64,000 nt of DNA from Chloroflexota bacterium (GTDB taxonomy: Bacteria; Chloroflexota; UBA11872; VXOZ01): positions 512,001 through 576,000 of the forward strand of contig OZ219801.1 of NCBI GenBank assembly GCA_964291655.2. Reading direction: 5' to 3'. This document shows, piece by piece, positions 32,174 through 42,598 of this stretch (its first letter is position 1; each line of letters opens with the position of its first letter). The notes below the pieces were generated by a model. That model saw only the letters and a list, made by a program, of their open reading frames with translations, did not search any database and was not told the origin of the DNA. The position numbers and the translations under genes were made by a program.

Positions 32174-32626
32174 GTGGCGCAACGAACCCTTGTGATTATA
32201 AAGCCGGATGGCGTCCAGCGCGGGCTCGTCGGGGAGATCCTGGGCCGCTTCGAACAGCGCGGCCTCAAGCTCGTGGGACTGAAGCTTATGTCGGTCGATA
32301 GGTCTCTTGCCGAAGTCCATTATGCCGTACACCAAGAGAAGCCGTTCTTTGCCGATCTGATTGAGTTCATTACCGCCGCCCCCGTAGTTTGCGCCGTGAT
32401 AGAAGGTCCCGAGGCGATTGCGGTGGTGCGGAGTCTGGTAGGAGCCACACGTTTTACCGAGGCCGAGCCGGGTTCGATTCGGGGCGACTTTGCCCTTGAC
32501 CTCACGATGAATTTGATTCATGCCTCCGATGCGCCTGACACTGCGGTAAAAGAGGTCAGTCTCTTCTTCCAGCAGGATGAATTGGTGGACTATACACGGG
32601 ATGGCGATCGCTGGATTACAAGCTAA
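32174..32626 (+). CDS. ndk: nucleoside diphosphate kinase
   Basis: TLVIIKPDGVQRGL, HYA.H..KPFF, PGSIRGD, NLIHASD. Confidence 0.97.
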   Translation: MAQRTLVIIKPDGVQRGLVGEILGRFEQRGLKLVGLKLMSVDRSLAEVHYAVHQEKPFFADLIEFITAAPVVCAVIEGPEAIAVVRSLVGATRFTEAEPGSIRGDFALDLTMNLIHASDAPDTAVKEVSLFFQQDELVDYTRDGDRWITS

Positions 32627-32888
32627 AAGTTGGCCGGCAGCACTGTCGTCTCAGCCGCGCGAGACCGCGAAACGACGTTTTAGCGGAGTCAGGAGCGATC
32701 TGCGCACTCTTACATATGTCCCCGCTTCACCGGCCCGTCAATTAGTGTTGAGTTTAAATACTAGAGCCGCGCCAGAACGACAGCAGCACTCGATCCCGCC
32801 ATCGAGCAACGCATCGCCCAATTTGCCCTATAGTTGAGGCAGTTGGCTGCATCGGTATCCGTCATTGGCAAAGGGAAAGGTTAATCGC

Positions 32889-34301
32889 ATGAAAGACCAA
32901 CGACCGAATATCATCCTCTATACCACCGACCAGCAACGGGGCGACCACCTCGGCATTGCCGGCCATCCGGTGATTGAGACTCCCAATGTGGACGCGTTCG
33001 TCGAACACGGGGCTTACTTTCCCAACGCGTATACGGAGATTCCCTCCACGACCGGCGCAAGGCGTATTATGCATGGGGGTCAGCGCAGCTACGATTGCGG
33101 CCTGATTGGCTACTCCGCGTCAGAGTGGCACGAGCCAAACACCCTGGCGGCGGTGCTGGCCGATGCCGGCTACCACTGCATCAACGTCGGTTGGCGCAAC
33201 ATGCACCCGCGCCGCAAACTCTACGGCTTCCACACGGTCATCCCTCACGAAATTCGCGAGGGAGAGGATGACTATTGGGACTGGCTCCGCCAAGAACTTG
33301 GCCCGTACGCCCACGAGCGCACGGTCGGATCGGATGCCAATGGTTGGCTGGCGCGTCCCTGGATATATGAAGAGCGCTATCACTGCACGAACTGGACCGT
33401 AGACGTGACGATTGAGCAAATCAGAAAGCGCGATCCTACGCGACCCGTCTTTGTCTGGTGCTCGCAACTCCGTCCTCACTCCCCATACGACCCACCGCAA
33501 TTCTTCTGGGATATGTATATCAACCGGCAACTGCCGGAGATTCCCGTTGGCGATTGGGCTGAGCGGTACAACGTGCCCCAGCCCGGCCTGCCTCGCCAAG
33601 CGTGGTACGGCCGGTTGACTGACGAACAGTTGCAGCGCATGCGGGCAGCGTACATGGGCTGCATCACCCACCTCGACTATCAGCTCGGCTACTTGCTGGA
33701 ACTCGTGCAAGGGGAGTTGGACCGCAATCTCATGATCGTATACACGGCGGACCACGGCGATATGATGGGCGACCACAATTTACTGCGCAAGTGCTACGCA
33801 TATGAAGGATCGGCCCGCATTCCGTTTGTCATCAAATATCCGAATAGCCTCGACGTGCCGTCCGGTACGTTCGAGCATCCGGTCGGGCTGCAAGACGTCA
33901 TGCCGACGATTCTCGAGGCAACCGGCACGCCTATCCCCGATTCCGTGACCGGCACGAGCGTTCTGAAAGCGGCGCGCGGCGAACCGTGGCGCGAATACGT
34001 TCACGGGGAGCATTCGCCAGTCTACAGCGAGGACAATGCTGTGCAGTACCTCACCGACGGTAAGGAGAAGTACCTCTGGTTCCCCGTGCGCGGTGAAGAA
34101 CAGTTCTTCGACCTTGCCAACGACCGTCAGGAACTTCACGACAGGGCGAATGATCCGGCCTATGCCGACCGGGTTACGCTGTGGCGCAACCGCCTCATAG
34201 ATTACTTAGGCGAACGCGGCGACGGGTTCTCCGATGGAGAAAAACTGCTAGTCCGTCCTGAAGGCTACGGCCCGGAGGCAGATCAGCCTGCGGCGGTCTG
34301 A
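32889..34301 (+). CDS. sulfatase-family hydrolase with atypical catalytic motif (TTGAR)
   Basis: RPNIILYTTDQQR, TPNVD, PSTTGARR, PHSPYDPP, TADHGDMMGDH..RK, YEGSARIP, YVHGEH, FDLANDRQE. Confidence 0.88.
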   Translation: MKDQRPNIILYTTDQQRGDHLGIAGHPVIETPNVDAFVEHGAYFPNAYTEIPSTTGARRIMHGGQRSYDCGLIGYSASEWHEPNTLAAVLADAGYHCINVGWRNMHPRRKLYGFHTVIPHEIREGEDDYWDWLRQELGPYAHERTVGSDANGWLARPWIYEERYHCTNWTVDVTIEQIRKRDPTRPVFVWCSQLRPHSPYDPPQFFWDMYINRQLPEIPVGDWAERYNVPQPGLPRQAWYGRLTDEQLQRMRAAYMGCITHLDYQLGYLLELVQGELDRNLMIVYTADHGDMMGDHNLLRKCYAYEGSARIPFVIKYPNSLDVPSGTFEHPVGLQDVMPTILEATGTPIPDSVTGTSVLKAARGEPWREYVHGEHSPVYSEDNAVQYLTDGKEKYLWFPVRGEEQFFDLANDRQELHDRANDPAYADRVTLWRNRLIDYLGERGDGFSDGEKLLVRPEGYGPEADQPAAV

Positions 34302-34535
34302 GCGCAAGGGCCGGAGACGTCAACCGACAGTTACTCTCGGGTTTGCCCGGAGCAGACAATGCGGGCGTCGTCTTCCGCACGCCAATTGTGGGAGCGTAAT
34401 CTTCGGGGCACTTTCAGTGCGAACATACACTTCGGCGCACAAACGGTGCCGGCGTATTCGCGCTATACTAAGCCCTAGTCTGCGAATTGGTCACGTTGGC
34501 TCACTGTCTTGATCCGCTGCACGGAGGTCACAGCC

Positions 34536-36311
34536 ATGGCCGGCACAGCCGCATTCGATCCCATCACCTTCGAAGTCGTACGCCATGCGCTGACGGAAGC
34601 CACGGAAGAAATGGCGGTCGCGCTGCGGCGCAGCGCCTACTCCACAAACATCAAGACCCGCGCCGACTTCTCCTGCGCCTTCTTTGACCGTGACTTGAAC
34701 GTCGTGGCCCAGGCGTTTTGCCAAGCAGTGCATCTTGGCTCCCTCGTGCACCTGGTGCCGATTGCCATCCGCGCCTACGGGCCGGAAAACCTCAACCCGG
34801 GCGACGCCATTCTCTGCAACGATCCCTATCTCGGCGGGGTGCATTTGAACGACATTAGCCTCATCTCGCCGGTGTATTGTGATGGCGAGCTCTTCGGCTA
34901 TGTAGCGAATATGGCGCATCACGTGGACGTGGGCGGCGGCGCGCCGGCCAGTGTCGGTGCGTTTCGCGAAGTCTACCAGGAAGGCATCATCATTCCGCCG
35001 GTCAAGCTTGTCGCAGCCGACGAAATTGTTGATGACGTGTTCCGGCTCATCCTCGGCCAGATTCGCTCCAAGCGAGAGACGGCCGGCGACTTTCGCGCCC
35101 AGATCGCGGCTAATACCACCGGCACGCGGCGCTTGCGCGAACTAATTGCGCAGACCGGCCTCGACACGGTAAATGAGTACATCCAGGAATTGATGACCTA
35201 TGCCGAGCGCCGCACGCGGGCCGAAATAGCCAAGCTGCCGCAGGGCGAGTTCATGGCCGACGGCTACGTGGACAACGACGGCTACACCGATGAGCCCGTA
35301 CGCCTGGTTGCCAAGATAGTAATCGACGAAAACGGCGTTTTGTTCGACCTCAACGGCTGCGACCCGCAACGCCGCGCACCGGTGAACTCTACGTTTGCGC
35401 AGACCTTTTCCGCCTGCGCCTACAACCTGAAGTGCCTCATGGACCCCGACATCCCACCCAACCAAGGCTTTTACCGTATGGTGCGCATCGAAGCGCCGGA
35501 GGGCACCGTTGTGAATTGCCGTCCGCCCGCTCCTGTGGTGGGAGGCTGGGAGACCCACGCGCGCCTCAACGACGTTATCTTCAAGGCGCTGGCGCCCGTG
35601 CTGCCGGAGCGTTCGCCCGCGGGAGGCAAAGCGATGCAGTGCCACGCCGGTTTCGGCGGCATCGATCCGCGCAACGGCGAGTACTACTGTTTCCTTGAAA
35701 CTCTGGCCGGTGGGTACGGCGGCAGATTTCAAAGCGACGGCCCGGATGCCGTGCAAACCCACGGCCAAAACACTGAGAACGCCCCGATCGAAGAAACTGA
35801 ACGCTACTATCCTGTGCGCATCTTGCGTTACGAGCTTGTAGACGACTCAGAAGGTCCGGGTAAGTTTCGCGGCGGACTGGGCCTGCGCCGCGACTATGTC
35901 TTTCCCGATCATGACGTAACCTTTACCGTGCTTGCCGATAGAGACAAGGCGGGTCCCTGGGGGCTGTTTGGCGGCGAAGCCGGCCGCCCCGCCTTCTACC
36001 TCCACAAACGAGAAGGCGCAACGGAACATCTGAGCTCCAAGACGACAATCGACGTCCGTCCCGGTGAAGTCATCCGCTATGAGACCTGCGGTGGCGGCGG
36101 TCACGGCCCGCCCTGGCAGCGGGACCCGGTACGGGTGCTCAATGACGTGAGGCAAGGGAAAGTCAGCCGCGAGCGTGCGAGCGCAGCCTATGGTGTAGTC
36201 ATCGACCCAGAGCAATTGATGGTGGACTCCAATGCAACCGATGCGTTGCGCGCGGCCATGCAGGGAGAAAACCTCCAAGACGAGCGTAGTGCGAGGGGGA
36301 GTGACGCGTGA
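34536..36311 (+). CDS. hydantoinase B / oxoprolinase subunit
   Basis: RSAYS.NIK..DFSCA, VHLGS, NDPY.GGVHLND, HHVDVGG, QEG, PIE..E..YP, G.GKFRGG.G, GGGG.G.P. Confidence 0.92.
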   Translation: MAGTAAFDPITFEVVRHALTEATEEMAVALRRSAYSTNIKTRADFSCAFFDRDLNVVAQAFCQAVHLGSLVHLVPIAIRAYGPENLNPGDAILCNDPYLGGVHLNDISLISPVYCDGELFGYVANMAHHVDVGGGAPASVGAFREVYQEGIIIPPVKLVAADEIVDDVFRLILGQIRSKRETAGDFRAQIAANTTGTRRLRELIAQTGLDTVNEYIQELMTYAERRTRAEIAKLPQGEFMADGYVDNDGYTDEPVRLVAKIVIDENGVLFDLNGCDPQRRAPVNSTFAQTFSACAYNLKCLMDPDIPPNQGFYRMVRIEAPEGTVVNCRPPAPVVGGWETHARLNDVIFKALAPVLPERSPAGGKAMQCHAGFGGIDPRNGEYYCFLETLAGGYGGRFQSDGPDAVQTHGQNTENAPIEETERYYPVRILRYELVDDSEGPGKFRGGLGLRRDYVFPDHDVTFTVLADRDKAGPWGLFGGEAGRPAFYLHKREGATEHLSSKTTIDVRPGEVIRYETCGGGGHGPPWQRDPVRVLNDVRQGKVSRERASAAYGVVIDPEQLMVDSNATDALRAAMQGENLQDERSARGSDA

Positions 36312-38413
36312 GTGCGGCAAGATTTCGGCTCGGCGTTGACATTGGTGGTACGTTCACCGACGCCACATTGATGGATGAGAGCACCGGCCGTCTTTGGAAC
36401 GCCAAAGTTTCCTCGACCCCAACCGACCCGGCGCAGGGCTTTCTCTCCGCGACCCGGCGCATTCTGGAAGATTCCAAGTTGGCTCCCGCGTCACTGCGCT
36501 ACGTCGTCCACGCGACCACCGTGGCGACGAATGCCATCATCGAGGGCAAAGTCGCGCCCACTGTGCTCATCACGACCGAGGGCTTTCGCGACATCCTGGA
36601 GATTGCCCGCCAGATTCGTCCTTCGCTCTATGACACGCAGTTTGAGAAACCGATACCCCTCGTACCGCGCGATCGCTGCTTCGGCGTGCGCGAGCGCCTG
36701 GACGCTAACGGCGCCGTCATTACCCCATTGGACGAAGGCGCCATTCCGCACATCGCTGCCACCATCAAGGAAGCGGCGGTAGAGTCCATAGCCGTCTGCT
36801 TCTTGCATTCCTACCTAAACGCGCAACATGAGCAGCGCGTCGGTGAATTACTGCGAGACCTCGCACCGGACATTGCCATCTCCCTTTCCTCCGACGTAGC
36901 GCCGGAAATCAGGGAGTACTTTCGCGCCAGCACTACGGTCATCAATGCCGCGCTACGTCCAATCGTCTCGCGCTACCTTGAAAACATCGAGGAGCAACTG
37001 CGCGCGCAAGACATTCAGTCAGAACTCTTGGTGATGCAAAGCAGCGGCGGGCTCATGACATTTGCCGACGCGCGCCGCAGACCCGTCTTCATGGTGGAGT
37101 CCGGCCCGGCTGCGGGCGTAATCACGGCGGCACACCTGGGTGAGGCATTGGATTACAGAAATGTCATCTCTTTCGATATGGGCGGCACCACCGCCAAGGT
37201 GGGTCTCGTCCAAGACGGCACGCCGCGCATAACCAAAGACTATGAGGTTGGCTCTGTGGCCCAGCCGGGGAGCGGCGGCTTTCGCGCCGGAGGGTACCCC
37301 ATCCGCACGCCAGTGATCGATCTGGTGGAAATCGGCGCCGGCGGCGGCTCTATCGCTTGGATTGATTCTGGTGGCGTGTTGCGGGTTGGGCCCCAAAGCG
37401 CGGGCGCCGTTCCAGGACCCGCCTGCTACGGTCGCGGCGGCGGTGAGCCGACAGTAACCGATGCCAACCTCGTATTGGGCCGTCTCAATCCCGGCTACTT
37501 GCTTGGCGGCGACCTCAAGCTGGATAGCGCGCTTGCGCATGCGGCAATCGAGGAACACATTGCCAACCCGCTAGGCTTGGACGTGGTGAAAGCCGCCCAC
37601 AGCATCGTCGAAATCGCCAACGTGGCGATGATCAACGCGCTGCGTCTCGTCTCGGTGCAACGCGGCCATGATCCGCGAGACTTTGCGCTCACTGCTTTTG
37701 GCGGGGCCGGACCGCTGCACGCCAACCGCTTGGCGCACGAAATGAACATCCCCGTCACCGTTATTCCCACCAGTCCGGGCACAGCCTCGGCGCTGGGCCT
37801 CCTGGTCACGGACATTACCTATGACTATGCCACGACACTCATTGAGCGAGTTGACCGCCTCCCACCAGGGAGAGTGGCGGAAGTATTCGCAGATCTCCGT
37901 AACCAGGGCACGGAGGCTCTTACCGCCGCAGGCGTAGCTCCGGCCGATATGGCTTTCGTGCAGCAGGTGGACTTACGCTACGTCGGCCAAAGCTACGAGC
38001 TCACGTTACCTTGTTCCGATGGCGATGCCGCCGACTTCGCCGTAACCGATCTCCTGGATGACTTTCATGCAGAGCACAACCGCGTTTACGGCCATAGCGT
38101 TCCCGGCGAGCCGGTGGAGACAGTGAACCTGCGACTGACCGCACTTGGCACCATCGTCAAGCCGCCGCTGCTTGCTAAGGATCCAGGTATGCATGCTGTA
38201 CAGGCTGCCCGGCTTGGCAGCCGTCCGGTCTTCTTCGGTGAAGCGAATGACTTCGTGGACTGCCCAATCTTTGATCGCTACCTGCTCAACGCAGGAATCG
38301 AGATTCTCGGCCCCGCAATCATAGAGGAGTACGATTCTACGACCGTAATTCATCCTAAATACTACGCAGTGGTCGATCAATACGGTACACTACTAGTGAC
38401 CCACGTAAGCTGA
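36308..38413 (+). CDS. hydantoinase A / oxoprolinase subunit
   Basis: GVDIGGTFTD, HATTVATNA, ESGPAAG, DMGGTT, GAGGGSIA, GPQSAGA.PGPACY, AFGGAGPLHA. Confidence 0.93.
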   Translation: MSAARFRLGVDIGGTFTDATLMDESTGRLWNAKVSSTPTDPAQGFLSATRRILEDSKLAPASLRYVVHATTVATNAIIEGKVAPTVLITTEGFRDILEIARQIRPSLYDTQFEKPIPLVPRDRCFGVRERLDANGAVITPLDEGAIPHIAATIKEAAVESIAVCFLHSYLNAQHEQRVGELLRDLAPDIAISLSSDVAPEIREYFRASTTVINAALRPIVSRYLENIEEQLRAQDIQSELLVMQSSGGLMTFADARRRPVFMVESGPAAGVITAAHLGEALDYRNVISFDMGGTTAKVGLVQDGTPRITKDYEVGSVAQPGSGGFRAGGYPIRTPVIDLVEIGAGGGSIAWIDSGGVLRVGPQSAGAVPGPACYGRGGGEPTVTDANLVLGRLNPGYLLGGDLKLDSALAHAAIEEHIANPLGLDVVKAAHSIVEIANVAMINALRLVSVQRGHDPRDFALTAFGGAGPLHANRLAHEMNIPVTVIPTSPGTASALGLLVTDITYDYATTLIERVDRLPPGRVAEVFADLRNQGTEALTAAGVAPADMAFVQQVDLRYVGQSYELTLPCSDGDAADFAVTDLLDDFHAEHNRVYGHSVPGEPVETVNLRLTALGTIVKPPLLAKDPGMHAVQAARLGSRPVFFGEANDFVDCPIFDRYLLNAGIEILGPAIIEEYDSTTVIHPKYYAVVDQYGTLLVTHVS

Positions 38414-38489
38414 CAGGAAGCTGAAAAAGAGTACACGCTGGGTATTGTCGGTGAATTCATCAAATCTCCAGTAGTAATTGAGGACGCTC

Positions 38490-39668
38490 ATGGCGGAGAC
38501 TGCCGATGTCGTTGTAATTGGAGGCGGGAGCACCGGTACCAGTATTGCTTGGCAACTGGCAAAGATGGGCGCCGGCCGGGTGGTCTTGCTCGAAAAGCAC
38601 GGTCTTGCTGCCCAGGCCACCGGCGTCACCGCGGGGATCGTCCGCACGCATTATACCCATGAGACTCTCGCACGCATGGCTCTGCGCGCGCGGCAGGTTT
38701 TTGAGAACTTCAACGACGAAGTCGGCGGCGATGCTGGCTTTCGGCAAGCCGGCTTCCTCGCGTTGCTGGGCTCGGACGATGTCGAGACGGTTGCCGCAAA
38801 CGTCGCTATGCACCGCGATCTTGGCATCAATGCCTACATACTCTCGCCGGACGACATTCGAGACGTGGAGCCGCGCCTGGCGTTATTCGGTATTGGCGCC
38901 GCCGCCTGGGAACCGGAATCCGGGTATGCCGACCCGGTTCGCACCACCCTCAGTTTTGCGGATGCTGCCCGTCGGCACGGCGCCGACCTCCGCATTGGCG
39001 TGGGAGCAGAGGGGTTCTTGGCGGATGCAAGCGGCATCGTAGGTGTCGAGACCAACACCGGCCAGATTGCGACACGCTCGGTCGTGGTCGCCAACGGTTT
39101 CTCCGCACGCGGCTTGGTAGCGCCCCTTGGTATCGAGCTCCCTCTCACACCGATACGGCATGGGGTGGCATTCATGCAGCGGGCGAATCACTTTGGCAAA
39201 CCACATCCCATCATTTCCGATCGCGTACAAGGGAGCTACTACCGCCCCCGCGAGGACGGTCACACAATGGTCGGCAAGACCGCACCGTATGACGGGGATG
39301 AAGATCCGGACGTCAATGCTTGGCCCGCCGCGCGGCCTGAAATGCTCCAGACTCTTGCTGAGCGGTACCGACGGCGGTTTCCCAATCAAGGTGCGCCCGC
39401 CGTCAACAGCGCCACGTCCGGCCTGTACGACTGTTCGCCGGACCTGCAGCCGCTGCTCGGCACCGTGCCTGACGCGCCGGGCCTGCACCTTGCCGTTGGG
39501 CTCAGCGGCCATGGTTTCAAACTTAGTCCCATCTTCAGTCAGATGCTGGCTGAGCAATTGCTCACAGGCAGCAGTTCGGTCTTCGATATCGAGATGTTCA
39601 ATCCGGCACGCTTCATCCAGGAACGACGAATTGTACCGCACCACGCATACTCTATTTCAACACTTTAG
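38490..39668 (+). CDS. FAD-dependent oxidoreductase (sarcosine oxidase beta/DAO family)
   Basis: VVVIGGG..G.SIA, GYADP, GLYD.SPD..P.LG, GLSGHGFKLSP. Confidence 0.88.
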   Translation: MAETADVVVIGGGSTGTSIAWQLAKMGAGRVVLLEKHGLAAQATGVTAGIVRTHYTHETLARMALRARQVFENFNDEVGGDAGFRQAGFLALLGSDDVETVAANVAMHRDLGINAYILSPDDIRDVEPRLALFGIGAAAWEPESGYADPVRTTLSFADAARRHGADLRIGVGAEGFLADASGIVGVETNTGQIATRSVVVANGFSARGLVAPLGIELPLTPIRHGVAFMQRANHFGKPHPIISDRVQGSYYRPREDGHTMVGKTAPYDGDEDPDVNAWPAARPEMLQTLAERYRRRFPNQGAPAVNSATSGLYDCSPDLQPLLGTVPDAPGLHLAVGLSGHGFKLSPIFSQMLAEQLLTGSSSVFDIEMFNPARFIQERRIVPHHAYSISTL

Positions 39669-39860
39669 TTTGCACCTATTTGGCCGCGTAAAGGAATCGA
39701 AAGCGAATTCTAGGTCAGTGCATAGAGCGGGCAGAGTTTTGAGAAAGGAGGTGGATTGAGTGACCAAGCAAGCGCCCGCAGGAGACCAAATGTGATGTAG
39801 TCTGAGTGTGTCAATTGGCAGATTGGCACAGGTAACGGAGACCACGGGAGGTCAAGAGCA

Positions 39861-41237
39861 ATGTCTATGGGCAATGGATTTACGACAAGACGCCGGTTTT
39901 TAGCCGGTGTTGCCGGCCTATCAGCCGCCGCCATCGCCGCAGCCTGCGGGACCGTGCCGGTCGCGGATAGCGGCGAGATGATGGAAGAGAAAGAAGCGCC
40001 CAAGGAAGCGGAAGCAGCGCCACAGGCCGAAGTCGTTGAAGTGGTGTGGGCGTGCTACGACCTGCAGGAGCACCGCAATAAGACCCTGCGGGAGATGGCG
40101 GAAGTCTGCAATAACACCTTGGAGAACCGAGTCACCAAACTCGAGATCGTCACCGAGAATTTCCTGGAGAAGATTCGCACGGAGTACGTCGCCGGCACAA
40201 CCACCTACGACATTGTCGTGAACCAGATCAACTGGGTGCAGGCCGGCGCGCGGCAGGGCATGTTCTTGCCAATCAGCGACTATATGAAGCGCGACGGTGT
40301 ATCGCGCGATGACTACCTTGACTCCTCTTCCTGGGACGTCAACGGCGTCATGTACGGCCTGGCCTTCCTCGGCGGCGGCGACGCCATCTACTTCAACAAG
40401 GACTTGTTTGATAACGACGGCGTGCCGTATCCGGAGTTGGGCACAACCTACGAGCAACTGCTCGATGGCGCTGCGAAGATGACGAAACGCACCGGCGATG
40501 AGACCACCCAATGGGGCTACAATTTTGGATACTCCTCACTGGAGGTCAATCTGGGCAGTTTCATCCTCGATTCCGGCGGACAGGTGCTCAATGAGGCGCG
40601 CGACATGGCCGTCTACGGCGAGGACCAGAACGCCATCGCAGGCGCCCAGTTCTACGTAGACATGATCCTCAAGCACCGGGTGGTGCCTTGGGGTGAGGAG
40701 CGGCAAGCGCTGCGCGAAGAGGGCGGCGGCGGCCGCCACATCGGCACCGGCAAAGTCGCGATGTCGCAGATTACGTTGATCCCGCTGAAGGGCGCCTACG
40801 AGGTGCTCGGCGACCGACTGGGTATTGCGCCGCTCGGCACCGGGCCGGCAGGCACCCGCAGCCCGGCCACCGGCAGCAACGCCTGGAGCATCATGTCGCT
40901 CACCGAAGTGCCCGATGCGGCCTGGGACGTGTTTTACGTCCTTTCTCAGAAGGAGGCGCAAGACCTTTACGCCGTGCACGCCCACCCCGGGCTCTTTGCC
41001 TCCGCCGACGTGTTCTTGGGCAACTACCCGGGCATGGACTGGGACATCGTCCTGGATCACTGGCGGGACGGCGGACGCGACTTCTTCCTCACGCCGGAAA
41101 CCGGAGAGTTCTGGAATACCGCAAACTCCAACCTCCAGCCGATGTATACCGGTGAGAGCACTGTGCAAGAGGCCATGAAGACGTCTGCCGACGCTGTGAA
41201 CGTCCTCTTCTCACAGCGCCCGGATGACTGGAATTAG
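39861..41237 (+). CDS. ABC transporter solute-binding lipoprotein (CUT1 type), Tat signal; no permease adjacent
   Basis: TRRRFL twin-Arg, AAAC lipobox, E/A/P linker, IYFNKDLFD..GV.YP, QWG. Confidence 0.85.
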   Translation: MSMGNGFTTRRRFLAGVAGLSAAAIAAACGTVPVADSGEMMEEKEAPKEAEAAPQAEVVEVVWACYDLQEHRNKTLREMAEVCNNTLENRVTKLEIVTENFLEKIRTEYVAGTTTYDIVVNQINWVQAGARQGMFLPISDYMKRDGVSRDDYLDSSSWDVNGVMYGLAFLGGGDAIYFNKDLFDNDGVPYPELGTTYEQLLDGAAKMTKRTGDETTQWGYNFGYSSLEVNLGSFILDSGGQVLNEARDMAVYGEDQNAIAGAQFYVDMILKHRVVPWGEERQALREEGGGGRHIGTGKVAMSQITLIPLKGAYEVLGDRLGIAPLGTGPAGTRSPATGSNAWSIMSLTEVPDAAWDVFYVLSQKEAQDLYAVHAHPGLFASADVFLGNYPGMDWDIVLDHWRDGGRDFFLTPETGEFWNTANSNLQPMYTGESTVQEAMKTSADAVNVLFSQRPDDWN

Positions 41238-41246
41238 CCTTGTCGG

Positions 41247-41283
41247 TAGCGGGGTGCGTTTCGGCGCACCCCGCTATTACTTC
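41247..41283 (+). terminator. rho-independent terminator after the SBP gene
   Basis: TAGCGGGGTGCG-TTTCGG-CGCACCCCGCTA perfect 12-bp stem followed by TTACTTC. Confidence 0.75.
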
Positions 41284-41426
41284 TCGTGACTTTCGTGAAA
41301 CCCAACAGTGCTAACGTTTACTGGCATTCCGAATGCAGCGAGGAATCTAGAGCGCAGAAGAGCGTGACCCGCGTTGCTTGGCATTGTTCAATAGCGGATG
41401 GATTCCCGCTTTCGCGGGAGTCACGA
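41284..41426. repeat. composite REP-like palindromic element
   Basis: TCGTGACTTTCGTGAAA (41284-41300) pairs, with G-U, with TTTCGCGGGAGTCACGA (41410-41426); contains CATTCCGAATGCAGCGAGGAATCT and TGGATTCCCGCTTTCGCGGGA motifs. Confidence 0.6.
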
Positions 41427-41583
41427 ATTAGTGTGACGCGGACTTTCTCTTTGTGGGCGGCCCAACTCTTCTTCGTTAGAGTCCCAGAACCGCTCACGTG
41501 AAGAATCAACTTGAGTTCAAGCTGCCGAACACACCTTGGGTTGAAAATCCTTACTTACTATTCTTTCTCACTGAGGCACCTAA

Positions 41584-42549
41584 ATGACTGTCCGAGACCT
41601 CTATGAAGCCGCCATCGAACTCGGCATTGCCCTCGATCCCCGCAGCCGTGAGACTCTCGATGCAGAACTTGCGCGGCGCAAGCTAGAGTTTGAGTCTTTG
41701 CCCGACTGGAAAAAGCCCTACTTCGACCATGAGAGGCTGCGCAATCCTTACGGTGATGTGCGCATCGTAAACGGCCCGGACGACGCCGAAGTGTTCACTG
41801 CGCTGGCAGGCATCAATATCGGAACTGACGAATTTCTAATCGCCGACCGGCTCAAGGACAAGGGCGTACCGCTTGATGCCATCATTGCCCACCATACCAG
41901 CGGCACCGGCATCGGGCGCTCGCACATCGACGACATCACCCTTATCAACATCGACATATTCGTGCGGGAAGGCATTCCCCGCAAAGATGCGGAAAAGGTG
42001 CTCTTGCCTTGGATAGACGAGTGGCGCACCGGCTACGACGACATGCCGCACCGCATGGGACCCGACATGGCGCGGCTCTTTGAAATACCCTTCGTGCAGA
42101 TCCACACGCCCCAGGATCTCTATATTGGCGTGGGTATCAAGCAAGCATTCGATGAACTCAAGCCGCAGACTCTCGGCGACGCTGAAGAAGCTCTTATGTC
42201 AATTCCCGAATTTCAGGGCGCGGCGCGGCACGGCGCATTCTCGATGGTGCTTGCCGGCGAACCCGATACTCCACTTGGACGCTACCTCATCCAAGATGCC
42301 GGCGGGTGGCTGTGGCCGCCGGAAGCGCAGCCGCTGTTCGCGAAGGCAGGCATTAACACCGTGCTGCAAATCGGGGCCTCTGCGGCTGTTGCGGAGGCAG
42401 GGAAGGAAGCCGGAGTTTCAGTGGTGCGCTTGCCGCATGCCGCCGCGGACAATCTGGGCATCAACCTCTTCTACGACGATGTGGAGCGCCGCTTTGGGCC
42501 GCTCAACATTATTCCGTGCAATTATTTCGAGCGTATCCGGCATGCGTAG
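41584..42549 (+). CDS. NIF3-like (NGG1p-interacting factor) dinuclear-metal protein
   Basis: GI..DPR, D.ERL.NPYGD.RI, IIAHH, IHTPQD, H...DNLGINL. Confidence 0.7.
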   Translation: MTVRDLYEAAIELGIALDPRSRETLDAELARRKLEFESLPDWKKPYFDHERLRNPYGDVRIVNGPDDAEVFTALAGINIGTDEFLIADRLKDKGVPLDAIIAHHTSGTGIGRSHIDDITLINIDIFVREGIPRKDAEKVLLPWIDEWRTGYDDMPHRMGPDMARLFEIPFVQIHTPQDLYIGVGIKQAFDELKPQTLGDAEEALMSIPEFQGAARHGAFSMVLAGEPDTPLGRYLIQDAGGWLWPPEAQPLFAKAGINTVLQIGASAAVAEAGKEAGVSVVRLPHAAADNLGINLFYDDVERRFGPLNIIPCNYFERIRHA

Positions 42550-42598
42550 TGCGCGAGCATCGCGTGTGATGCGACCGCTAGCAAAGGAGTAGGAAACT

